NCBI GenBank assembly: GCA_973851085.1
Contig: OZ316775.1
Span: 18,662,001-18,726,000, forward strand
Source of the DNA: Ptychomitrium polyphyllum
Lineage: Eukaryota
Length of the DNA stretch: 64,000 bases
Direction of reading: 5' to 3'
The notes below the pieces were generated by a model that saw nothing but the letters and a program-made list of their open reading frames with translations, was not told where the DNA came from and ran no database searches. Made by a program: the position numbers and the translations under genes. Shown here in pieces: positions 13,157 to 25,300 of the stretch (position 1 is its first letter; the number at the start of each line of letters is the position of its first letter).

Positions 13157-14854
13157 ATGACGGTGATGAATCCTTACGCCTCTGTAGAAAACCTCAATCC
13201 GTCAAGGAAAATTGGGACCCGAGATTTATCAGTCTACAGTCCCGTGCAATTCAGCAGACTGAATCACACCCCTCCACTGCCCAAAGTATTTCATGGCCAC
13301 TTCAAGCTCAACCATGGACCCCCTTCGGCATCTGCAGGGCACCCGGATGAGATCAAAAACCTCTTCCCCAACCTATTCGGGCAACCATCAGTGCAGCTGG
13401 TGCCATGCGATGGGCCGTCCTACAACGAAGACCGCAAGCTAAGAGTCGGGGTGGTGTTGTCCGGTGGGCAAGCGCCAGGAGGTCACAACGTGATAGCCGG
13501 GATGTTCGATTACCTCCAAGCCCATGCACCCGGTAGTGTGTTGTATGGATTCAAGGGTGGCCCTGCAGGGATCATGCGTAACAAGTGGGTAGAAATCAAT
13601 GAAACCCTCGTGTACCCCTTCAGGAACCAGGGAGGGTTCGACATAATCTGCAGTGGGCGGGACAAGATCGAGACGCCGGAGCAATTCAAGCAAGCGGAGG
13701 AGACAGTGTGCGCGTTGGACCTTGATGGGTTGGTCGTGATCGGAGGCGATGATTCCAACACAAACGCTGCCCTCCTTGCAGAGTACTTTAGGTCAAAGAA
13801 GCTCAAGACGCGCGTGCTGGGATGTCCGAAAACGATAGACGGCGATTTGAAGTCCAAGCAGGTGCCGATCAGCTTCGGGTTCGATACGGCGTGCAAGCTG
13901 TACTCGGAGATGATCGGGAACATCATGGTGGATGCAAGGTCGACGGGGAAGTATTACCATTTTGTCCGCCTGATGGGCCGCGCTGCGTCCCACATCACCC
14001 TCGAGTGCGCCTTCCAGACGCACCCCAATGTTGCCATCATTGGCGAGGAGGTGCACGCCCAGAAGAAGACCCTGCGTCAAGTGACGAACAGCATTGCAGA
14101 TGTGGTCTGCAAACGCGCCCACTTAGGGAAGCATTTCGGAGTGATTCTGATTCCGGAGGGATTGATCGACTTCATCCCTGAGATTGAGAGCCTGATTGCG
14201 GAGCTCAACGACCTCCTGGCGACTCAAGGGTGTGACCCCCAAGGGCACTGGAAGGCGAAGTTGAAACCCGCCTGCCGTGCGCTCTTCAACTCGCTCCCAC
14301 ACAGCATCCAGGAAGAGCTTCTGTTGGAGCGAGACCCCCATGGGAATGTCCAAGTGGCGAGAATCGAGACCGAGAAGATGTTGATCTCCATGGTGGAGGC
14401 GGAGCTCTTAGCTCGGCAGCACGAGGAGACGTTCAAAGGCCATTTCAAGGGGCAAGCGCACTTTTTTGGTTACGAAGGTCGGTGCGGATTGCCGACTAAT
14501 TTCGATGCGGCCTACTGCTATGCGCTTGGGTTTGCAGCCAGTGCTCTTCTCCATTGTGGCCAAACGGGGTTGATTGCTTCTGTGTCGAACTTGACAGCGC
14601 CTGCGTCTGAGTGGATCGTGGGCGGCACTGCTCTCACGGAGCTCATGGATGTGGAGCGGCGGAAGGGGAAGAACAAGCCTGTGATCAAGAAGGCTATGGT
14701 GGAGCTCCACGGTGCTCCGTTTAAGAAATTTGCGAGTGTTCGTGACGCCTGGGCTGTGGAGGATAGTTACACCAGCCCTGGGCCAATTCAGTTCACAGGT
14801 CCTACTTCTGATGATACTTGCTACACCCTCAAGCTTGAGGTTGGCGCTATGTGA
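13157..14854 (+). CDS. PFP-BETA: Pyrophosphate:fructose-6-phosphate 1-phosphotransferase beta subunit (PPi-PFK), intronless CDS, 565 aa
   Basis: Single uninterrupted ORF with GVVLSGGQAPGGHNV, SGRDKIETPEQF, VIGGDDSNTNA, GCPKTIDGDLK, RLMGRAASH and FFGYEGR. First true ATG is at 13157; the ORF-track start 13127 is TTG. Confidence 0.96.
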   Translation: MTVMNPYASVENLNPSRKIGTRDLSVYSPVQFSRLNHTPPLPKVFHGHFKLNHGPPSASAGHPDEIKNLFPNLFGQPSVQLVPCDGPSYNEDRKLRVGVVLSGGQAPGGHNVIAGMFDYLQAHAPGSVLYGFKGGPAGIMRNKWVEINETLVYPFRNQGGFDIICSGRDKIETPEQFKQAEETVCALDLDGLVVIGGDDSNTNAALLAEYFRSKKLKTRVLGCPKTIDGDLKSKQVPISFGFDTACKLYSEMIGNIMVDARSTGKYYHFVRLMGRAASHITLECAFQTHPNVAIIGEEVHAQKKTLRQVTNSIADVVCKRAHLGKHFGVILIPEGLIDFIPEIESLIAELNDLLATQGCDPQGHWKAKLKPACRALFNSLPHSIQEELLLERDPHGNVQVARIETEKMLISMVEAELLARQHEETFKGHFKGQAHFFGYEGRCGLPTNFDAAYCYALGFAASALLHCGQTGLIASVSNLTAPASEWIVGGTALTELMDVERRKGKNKPVIKKAMVELHGAPFKKFASVRDAWAVEDSYTSPGPIQFTGPTSDDTCYTLKLEVGAM

Positions 14855-15984
14855 ATGATTACTGTGAATAGGGTACATCAATATACATGTACACCTCTTG
14901 CTTACAACATGCATCGTGTTGTGGATTGTTAAAATGCTTCCTTGAATCCGCAGTTCTGTAGCTTGCAAGTTTTTTATGGGTGCATTTAATGTGTGCACCA
15001 GCAAGCTATTTAATCTATACAAGTATTAACCCTATATGTTTTGCAAGCCTTCATGTTTTGCTCCGCACAAAGTACATATACACAACCAGGAAGAAACCAA
15101 ATTCTTACTATTGTTGGAGAGCAATAGTTAAGGATAAGCAGTGATTTTTACGGTAACAATGAGCTTATTGGAAATTTATCCACGGTAACAAGGAGCCTAC
15201 TGACGATGCAGGCTCTGGTCGGCAAGATTTGGATAATTAACACGCCTTGGAGTCTTACCCCTGCTAGTCTTACCTACATTCTTTAGTAAACTTGCAGGGT
15301 GACACATGGTTACTTCACACAAATCACGTGAGTTTGTGACAGGCTCATAGAACAAGGCAATGACTCTGATTTGGATTATACCCCTTGCCTTGTATTTGCC
15401 ATTGATACAGTAATGCAACTACTCTGATAATTAAGACAAGTACCGAAATTGGTACAGAACGCAACCAACTTACTCAGTTGAAGGACGCTCCTGCACGATG
15501 ATATCTCTGAACTAAGATACTCTTCTTAGAGGCCACTATCGTGGTACTGTTGGTTTTGCAGTTGAGTTCTATCTGTGGGCATTTCAGCAAACTAACACTC
15601 CTGTGCTTCTGCTAAACTGAGTCTAAATGTGTCGATGATTGTCACTATCCTGATACTTCTAATTCTAAGGAAGTCATCACTGGAAAAGTTTTTTTAGAGT
15701 AGGAAAGATCATTCAACAAAGCTTACAAAGAATCCTCGTCCACACTTCCATTTATGATACAAACTCAGATTCTAAGCCGGTGAAAGGACTAGGTAACCAC
15801 CAGCCGAAATCTCTCCGGCGAAGTCGAAATGAGCTTGCGGCCAAAACAGAACGGTAGCTTCGGAGGTTTTGATGAGAGATGACCGCAACTTTTATACTCA
15901 CTTCCAATAAAACTGAGTGCACGGCAGATTTTGCAGTGACATAAACAGAAAGATAATTTGTCAAGAGATGAGCCCGCCGCTCCA

Positions 15985-18109
15985 TCAACGTGCTTCTATA
16001 GAGACCGTGGACATGCCGGAGTCATAGCTAGCACTTGTCTCCCACTCTTGCGAGGCCGCCAACATCTTCGAGAGCGCAAAGGTGACATCCTTCATGCTGG
16101 GTCGCATTGCCGGATCCGCATCAACACAAGTTCTGGCCAAGCTCGTTACGCTCAATGCGATGTCCATGGGGAACATGGAATGCAACTCGGGGTCCATAAA
16201 CCTCCGCAGCTGCACCGTTTGTTGGTCATAACTGACATCAAGCACATCGTGAACGATATCTGACAAAGCTCGCTCCTTCTCCTCTTCGAGCCTCACAATT
16301 GCCTCCTTACCAGATAGAATCTCCAACAGCACCACGCCGTAGGCAAAGACGTCGGCCTTCACGGTGACGAGCCCATGCTCCAGATACTCGGGCGCCATGT
16401 AGCCCTGCGTTCCAGTGATATGGCGCGTCAGAAGGGGCCCCGCTCCAGAGGGCGCTGCCGATTTGGCCATCCCGAAGTTGGCCACTTTAGCTCGGAAGTG
16501 CCCGTCCAGGAGAATGTTGCTGCTCTTCACGTCCTTGTGCACGAAACTAGGATTTGTGTAGTTGTGGATGTACTCCAACCCAGACGCCACGTCCAGCGCA
16601 ATTCGCACTCGGGCAGTCCATGGCAAGTAAGCCGCGCTTTGAGTAAACCTGTTGCGACCAATTGCGGCTTGATTGCTCAGGCAGTCGTTTAGGGATCCAT
16701 TCTCAGCATATTCGTAAACGAGATACAAATGCTCGGATCCGCCGACACACATCCCCACCAGCTTTATCTGCACCAGTGACATCACGGCGTCAAATTCAAC
16801 CCAAAAAGAACAGTTGGAGAATAAAGAAAATGGTCATCTTCCTGCAGTGAATTCAGACAAAGACGTTTGTTACCAAATTGCTGTGATGAACTTGGCAGAG
16901 GATTTTGAGCTCTTGCGACATGTTCCCCTTCATCTGTTTGATGGCCACAACCTGGCCACCGATGCGACCCCGGTACACTGAGCCTTGAATGAGATTCTCC
17001 TCACTGAAGTCCTGAGTGGCGTCTTGAAGCTCCTGATACGAAAGCAAAATGGGCTTGTCAGACCCAACCATATCCGACATGCCTGCCAGAACCTCAGGAT
17101 GATACGCATACGGCTTCACTACTTCACCCTCTTTCCTTGAGCCGGTCGGTGCATTCTGGTAATATCCTCGGCTCTCATACATCCCATCTTTGCCACTCCC
17201 ATCACCACCCTTCGAGCACGTCTTGCACAACAACAAACCCAAAGACACAGCCGCCAATGTTAGCCCAAAGGCGCCAACCGCAATGCCGATGTACAGCGGA
17301 GTATTTGACGCCGATTTCGAGACCACCTTGACGGGGGCAGCTGGTGACGGCGCAGGAGGAGCTGGAATTGTGGGAGGGGAAGGAACCGAGGTGAAATTCA
17401 TGGTCTCCAGGTTCGGTAACGTCGCAAGCGGGACAAGCAGCGTGGTGTTTTCAGCGAGAGAAGCGTTAAGCTCCAGCTGGTTGGCGACCGCAAGCTGGGC
17501 TGGCGTGATGTCGAAGTAGCCACTGATGATGTCGATCGAGTCACCAGGGTAGACGGTGTAAGTGAGCAAGAAGTTCGTCCCATTTGCGAGCTGGGGTGTA
17601 GTTGGGCAGGCGCAGAAGATGCCCACCTTCATGGTGTCGCCGATGTGGAGGTCGTAGACGTCCATGGTGGGGTTCAAAACCTCCATGGCTTGGTACGTCG
17701 TCAAGCCGCCGTAGATCGTCACCGATAGCAGCCAATAGGTGTCCCCGGCGACGATTTTGTGAGTGACTTGCATCTGAGAGGTTTCGTTCTGGCAGCTGCA
17801 GTCCAAGGGGATGTAGAGAGCTTGGCCCTGCTGAAGAGGGGCATTTGTCGCCATGAGGTTCATGCCACTCACATTGGAAACACTTGCAGCAGACTTGTTG
17901 AAATAACCCCCAACTTTCTGCAGCGATTCTTGAGGCTGGAACGTCCTGTACAAAGCATAAGCACTGCATGTTTTGCGAAGACCGTTGCAGGTATAGCCTT
18001 CTGTGTTGTTGTACTCCTGCTGTGCCATCACCCTCATGGGAGCCGTGGTCACTGCGCATACCAAGATTACTGCCAGAACCAGCCCAATGTTTTTCCGAAT
18101 CACTCCCAT
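15985..18109 (-). CDS. LysM receptor-like kinase, LYR type (LYK4/LYK5/NFP-related), predicted pseudokinase, 672 aa
   Basis: Exons 18109-16874 and 16767-15985, with GT-AG intron 16768-16873. Signal peptide, three LysM modules separated by CxC (LDCSC, FCAC), Pro-rich linker and TM (LYIGIAVGAFGLTLAAVSLGLLL). Kinase has IQGSVY in place of GxGxxG, VAIK, HKD and NFG. Confidence 0.93.
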
Positions 18110-21100
18110 CTTTCGAAGAGAGAGAAATCGTGCCCTCCACTTGTACTCTGTGCTTCACTTTGCCAATTTGAATCGATTTACTCAATCACTTTCGTTCATC
18201 AAAACATCGAACACTGCAGCTACAACCTGCGAGCTACAAGAAGAGATCATTTACAAGTATATCTTTAACTGAGACTTTGATGACTTTAGTCCATTTCAGA
18301 GAAAACCTTGCAATGGTAACATATTCACTACTTGTGGTACGGTTTTTAGTATACATGGACTGGATGAGAGCAGTCGAGGAAAACAGCCTCTTAGCCCTCG
18401 GAGTAGTAAGTTATCTTTCCAAGCAACGGCGCATCAAAATCCGTGCTTTAACTCATCCATTGAGTTAAAGTTAGTAGGTGAAGCGAAACCAAATGTCTTG
18501 ACTATCCACAGCTTTCAACTATTCTCTTTGAAGATAAACAGCACCACTCAATTGAAAAATACTACACCGTTTTCATCAACAAAAACAACGTCAACATACT
18601 AACTCCGAGTTTTTTGCAGCAGCTAATACCTAGCACTCTGCCGCAGGACCGCCATGACCACACAAACCCAAACAAAAAATCTTTCTCACACTCAAGCTCT
18701 CAAATCGGCAATCTCCAGAGTGAGGTCGGTCACCACGGCCGCGCGAATCAAATCTATCGCTGGTAACGTAAAAACATCAAAGCTCTACTGACCATGGAGT
18801 ACTACAGCAACACTCGGGCCATGCTGTATGCCTGTAAGCTCCAAGTTTGACAAAGCTGGGTGAAGAAACTTCAAACACTGCTTCTGAAACGTACTCCCAA
18901 GCTCAGCTTACAATGATCTGAGATCATCAAACCGGCTCAAAAGCTGGCATCGTCTTTGTGCGCATGAACACACAAAGGCACACATGGGCCGGGTTCTGAA
19001 ACTGTCATTTGAGCTGACAGGCCGTGATATGCGCAAGGGCGGAGCTAGGCTTGTGTCCAACAGCCAAAACGACGATGTGCGTAATGGCAACCGAAGAACA
19101 CGGAATCTCTCGTACGCAATGAAGCTTCTTCATTTGCCACTAGAAAATACCAAAAGCAAAGAAAATAACTTATTGAATTTTCCTTGAGTTGCGAGTTATA
19201 AAGAAATCTGTTGAAGGCAGAGCGGCTACACTTTGTGGTGTGAATGAGGATGGGGTTAGGAGGTGGAGAGTGACTGGTAGGTATAAAAATCGGACCTTCG
19301 GTGACCATACTGGTCACTGACCTGTTAAATTAGTGGAGGAGGTGCAAGACTCGCAGCTTGTAGATGGTGATAGTCTATGTGAAATTCACTCATTGTCATG
19401 CTGGGGTAGCTTATATGAAAGGGCCTTCATAGAGCATATTCCTAAGCGAAGGACTGGAAAAGCCTTACTACCATAGTCCTACTGGTAAAATGGATTCTTC
19501 TTTATATTGTCATTAGAGTGGATCTTGATTGGTTTCGGAATGATCTTTGAACAGTTTTAGAGTGGAGCAAACAATCATCCATTAACTGGAGTTCACTGAA
19601 AATTTATCTCGAAGTGGTAATGTATTGACAAACTTATAGAAAAACTACTCCTAGAGCAAAAATATAGCATAAATTTGTCTATGTCTGATTGAGTGACAAT
19701 CTAAACACCTTTTATTCTCCATGCCTCTGTTTTGGCACCTGGTGATTATTGAAGTGCAGCCCTCTGATTACATTGTTTGGTGTTTTTTTGAAAATTAGAA
19801 CAGACCCAGTGGTGATTCTGATTTCTGGAACTTGGAATATTGTGAAGTTGTTGTGGTTTTCCTCCATAGCTTTTCCTGATGGTGATGAAGACTGATGACA
19901 TATCTTTATGTATATGATTTTGAGGTGCCTCTTATCCTAAATTTGGATGGTAAGGAGACTAATCCTAGAAAGTTCACTGAACTGGATTCACCAAGAGGGG
20001 AGAATATATTGAACTGTACAGAGCTTGTTTACAACCCATAACACTGTACACTTAGCCATGCAGTATTGTAGCCAACTCGCAGGTTTGCCACCTCAGCAGC
20101 AGATCTTTAATTTTCTTTTTTAAAATATCCTTCACCGCTTAATACCAATAATTATATTTTCGTTTAGAAGCTGTAAACGACCAAGCATAGTATGGCTAAA
20201 GATAGTTTATTAAAATTTGGATTTCTGACCAAAAAAAAAATCTTTCATTTTTGGTTTTCTTCTAGCACATATATTTGTGCTATGTGGCTACTAGAATATA
20301 TAACATTCTTCAATGACTTCTCTTAAATCTTTCTTCCAAACAAAAAACTTCATTTTTCAAAAGTATAATTTCATTGTTGAAACCATATTCTACAAAAGAT
20401 CAATTCCTTGCAATATGCCTTCATTATTGTTTATTATTCATTTTTCACTTTCCTAAGTAATATTGAATTTCTTCAATTGAAGTGGAATTATTGCTTATCC
20501 TTTGAATAACAACACCTATAATCATGACTTAAGGCATTCAACATGGATTTTATTAGTACATAATATTTTTTTATAGAATCCTATTTACAAGAAAAAAAAA
20601 TCCAAATATACCCTAAAATGTCTTATTTGTATAATTTATGAATAAATTATGAATGTTTGTATTTGGAAATCTTCGAATTCCACCCTTATTCTAAAGTAAT
20701 AATTAAGGTAAATAACAAACTTCCTAAAGAATAAATATTATGTGAGTATGACTTAAATATATAACACTATGGATTAGTTACGCTAGTGATTGCTATTGTT
20801 AGGAATCATAATGATTTTGAAAGTCTTATTATTTTTAATTACAATAAATTGCGAGCCTTAATAAATGAAAATTTTTACAACAATTGTAGTATATGTATAG
20901 TGTGGCCGCATCAATATTCATATATCAAAATTTGTGTTAATAAAAATAATGATTAAAATTTACATAAAACATCATTTTGACAAAATTTACGTTAAAGTAA
21001 TGATTAAAATTTACGTAAACATCATTAATATCATCATTTTGACAAAAAAACATTATAAAGTAATATTTTTTATTATAATGAAATTGTAATTAAGATTGGT

Positions 21101-22084
21101 ATAAAATTTTATATGAATCCTAGATTTTTTAATAATGGTAAAAATTAGTATTTATGTCTTAAAATTATATATGTTTAATTTCCATAAAAGGTTCTACAAC
21201 AATAAATTCTTTGGAATTGTTGTTAGATTTCACATTTCTTACACATAAGGTAGAAACTATCCATTGCCATCAAAAATCCATGGCCACAAGCTACTAAAGT
21301 TTACAAAGCACCATTTGCTTTATTGATAACCATCACGCCCTTATCAATGATTGTTTAAACTTGGTGGAATGGTGGTAGTGGATTGAGATTGAACACAAGT
21401 GGCATCATGATGTAGTGGTAATGAAAAGAGAGACAAATTCATATTAAGTTAGGGAAAAAATTATGTAATAAATATAGGCTTAATGCATGGTGGTTGTTGA
21501 ATGGAACTTGGATTATCAAGCATTCATGAAGTGGTTGTTACTTGTAGGTAGTTAATGGATTGCTTTACAAGTGGATTTTGACCTATTGCAAATATATCCC
21601 TTGAATTCACAATTAATTAAAACTTCATTAGAGAAAAAAAAATTCTCTTTATACTTTAAAACTTAATTCCTATCAACCAAAAATGGTTAAAAGTTTACAA
21701 AATCTTTGATAAACAGGGCACTGGTTATTGCTGTAGTAATTGGTTGTTCCACCTCAACAAGTGTGGGAGAGATGATGAAGTTAATTCTTGAACAGTATCT
21801 CATGTTAGTTTCAAAAACTTTCTTAGTGCCTTGATTCCTGAACTTTGATGTGTGACCAGCTGATGAAAGAGATTTCTTATAAAGTGAATGAACTCTGCAG
21901 CAGGTTAGAGATTTTCTTCTTACTTTAGAGCATTAGATTATGCCATGGATTAGAGTCCCTGAAAATGCTAAATTCTGAATCCCTGAAACCATAGGCATTG
22001 ATATGATTTTGCATCTGTGCCATGAGTCATGTTTACACCCTGTTCCCATGGCCCAAAAGTAAAGAGATCTTTGTTGTATTATGA

Positions 22085-22350
22085 GAATTTTAGTAATAGG
22101 ATTGATCAAAAAAATTAATTTCTCTTATAAGGATTTTCAACTTGTTTTGGAGTCCATAGATAAGCAATTTAAAGATGGATGAAAAATTTAGTTAGTTGCC
22201 TACATGGTAGTAATTATTGCAAGAATTATTTTTCTCATTGATGGTTTTTAGAAGTGTTTTTGAAATGGTAACCCAAGAATTGCTCTGTATGAGAAGACTT
22301 TCTCATCTTGATTATTTTAATGTCTTTCCATCTTCTCCTATGGCATATCC
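22085..22350 (-). repeat. Dispersed repeat copy A (about 270 bp, probable non-autonomous TE relic)
   Basis: Its reverse complement (CCATAGGAGAAGATGGAAAGACATTAAAATAATCAAGATGAGAAAGT...) aligns collinearly with 39125-39400 on +. Confidence 0.75.
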
Positions 22351-25300
22351 TTTGCTAAAAATACCCATGTCTTAGACTTAATTTTTGCTTGTTCAGTCTT
22401 CCATGAAACAAGTTATAAAGTGACCCTTAATTACTCACCTATGTTTGTGACCTCTAGAAGTAAAGGAAAAGAAAGAAATCCTATAATTGTCATTTTCATT
22501 TGGGTGAAAATTATGAAATTCCTCCATTATTACCATGGTCAGGTTGGAAATCTTAAAATGTATGATGTGTTGGGAACTGGTCGTCTAAAATGATAGTGAT
22601 AGATTTGACATATGGTAAGTTATTTAGTAATAATGGTGGTAATGAAAAGGAGGTAAAATCATACTCAATTTTAATGAAAAATTATAGTGGTGATAGACTC
22701 AACATAAAATGATATTCTGAATAAAATTAGGTGGATTATTCAAATACTAATAAAGGGCTGATACTATGGTAGTTCTGATTTTCACTGCTTATATTTCGGT
22801 ATTGTAGGATTAATGTCTTATATTGAATTTTTAAATATCTCATAATAAACAAGTCTATTACCTTCACAACAATAATATTACATGATGTTTCGTGATGTAA
22901 TACAACGTTTGACAATGCCAAGTCCAACATCAATGGGATGCCTATCTTCCGTGCCAGCGTTGTCCCCAATTAACTCCCCACAACCGCACAGCTCCCAACC
23001 CATTTCCGTACACATGTTCAATGCAATTTTTAGAAATATAGTCAAAAACTCCTCAAAGCCTCGAGAAGGAAAGTTTTCGAAGTTTCAAAAAACTTGACTG
23101 TGTTAAGGATTGTTCCTTGTCCAACAATTGTCTTTGATAAAAGGAGTATTCCCAAGACTCTCTCCATAACTAGGGTTTCTTCCATTAAAGGATGACTCTA
23201 GAGTTGCAGGCCAGGCTAGGATCTGGGTCCTGACTCCTGGAAGGATTGATCGAAAGTTCCTGAACCTTGTCTGGCCTCTGCCAACCTAGTTTGACTTGAT
23301 CGTTCACCAAAATATTTACGAATCCACCCTATGCCCCGAATCTTAATGGCAGTAAATCCTGATAGGCCAACAGAGTCACAATGTGGACGAGCTCTGACTC
23401 TGGTCCACCTCTGGTCCACCTCTGCCAGGACTGAAAGCGTCCCTTGTGCAGTACAACAATGTTTGAAGACATTTAGTAATATTCTCAAAGCTACTATTGT
23501 TACAACAATGTGGATATGAACAAGAGGTCCTTTCATCCTTTTCACCCACCCAACCTTCCTACTTCGCTGACAAAGGGGTCCCCCAGGCAGCTCCTGAGTC
23601 TTATGGGTGTTTGGTGTACAGCGCATTCTAACTTTTATCATTACCTTTGTGACCAAAAGATGGATGCAAATGTAATATCTCATGAAGGTAACAGCAGTAT
23701 CCGTACCCTGGGGAGTGGTACTGCATCAATAATTTGCATGAAATTTTGTTGGGTGACAAGAACAAATTTTAACACGGAATGCCCGGCGGGATTGTAAGGA
23801 TAAGATTTGAACAAGGGCATCACATCACAAAGGAGAAAACTTTGTGGAATGATTCTCAAACATCAATAATCCGAAATCCTTAATATTATTGAATAATTCT
23901 GAGTGCAAAATTGCCTCAATAAGAGACATCTTCAATGGTAAATATAAGTGATTCAATGCAACATCTAAACCTAAAATTTTTGGTGCCTGTTTTATGTTGT
24001 TTTTAAAAATGTGCTTTCATTAATAGTGTTTCAAATAATGATTCCATGTGAATAAGAAACTTGACTTGTTAACAGTTTGGTATGTGCATTAGGGATGGTC
24101 TAAAAAGACTCTTAAAGTACTCAAAACCTATGCTATGATCTGAAATTGTACTGGTAAACTTCAAAGCAAAGCAGGCAATTTGTACAGCCCATATTAATTT
24201 AGTGCATAAGGAAGTTGAAAACGCCACAAGTTCCACTACCATATTACTATTGTCATGAATACAACTTCAATTGTACAATGTGGGCCATACCTACTGACCA
24301 TGCAGTTAGGCAGGACATCCACAAGCTGTGCATATATGGCCATCTCATTGGATGGGGATACCATATTCATCTTTGCCCTGGCCAAACCCAAATGCATAGC
24401 TCACATTCAGTTTTGCCCTATAGCTGCCCAGTCCAAGTCCTCCCCAAAACCTTCTTCAGTTGCTCCGGTGCTCCTTGTTGCCCTTGCAGGTCTGGGCTTG
24501 CTATCACTGCCGTAGCCATTGTCCACCTTTGCCACCACCGACCCACCATTGCTTTGTTGCTACTTAAGTTTGACATCCTGTTAATGTTCCTTGCCTTTGC
24601 TGGGCCTCTAGGGATCCCCACTTCATCAAAGGTGCCAAGTTGTTGTTGATCACAATTGTTAGTGGTTGTTGTTAGGCCTTCTTTGTTGCGCATTGCCCAG
24701 TTTTAAAGGTTAAACTTGCTTAATGTTAGTTTTATTTTAAAGTTGCAAAGTGAGTATTAGTAGCTCTAAGTGACCCACTCCATCATGTTAAAATAAATGT
24801 TATGGAATAAGAATCCATGTGCTTAATTCTTGTGGAAGTACTCATTATATGTATATTACATATGTTATAAAAACATAAAATGGGTGTTAATTGTACTTTT
24901 ATTGTGCATATTCACATTTTTCTAGCATCTATACTTACATGCAAACTTAGCGTATTTTTGTAAATGTAAGGCATGTATTGTTTTTAAACTTAAAATTAAA
25001 AATGTTAAATAATAATAATAATAATAATTTGTGTTATTATTATTTGGTTTGTGTCAAATAAACATTTGTATATTTCTTACTTCTACTTAGCACATATACA
25101 AGTTTATCAAATATTAAAAACAAAGAGAATGCAACATTTGACAAGGCAAAGAATGTAACACTATTGTTTCTTTAACACCAAAATTAGAACGTTTTTGAAA
25201 GGAAATATGTAAAATGAAAGCTACAACCTTCAAAATATTCTTGAAAATAAGGTTTTACAAAAATTAAACTTTTCAATGAATTTAAACCATCAAATTTACA

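Noticed and set aside
13439..15022. Several minus-strand and alternate-frame ORFs (up to 204 aa) over the PFP gene
   Set aside because: Shadow ORFs of a GC-rich CDS; no recognisable motifs.
15958..18272. Plus-strand and alternate-frame ORFs (up to 214 aa) over the LysM-RLK
   Set aside because: Antisense or frame shadows of the real gene.
24280..24320. HGQ-like peptide suggesting the Helitron helicase motif FSHGQLYVA
   Set aside because: Only three residues match and the flanking motifs are absent.
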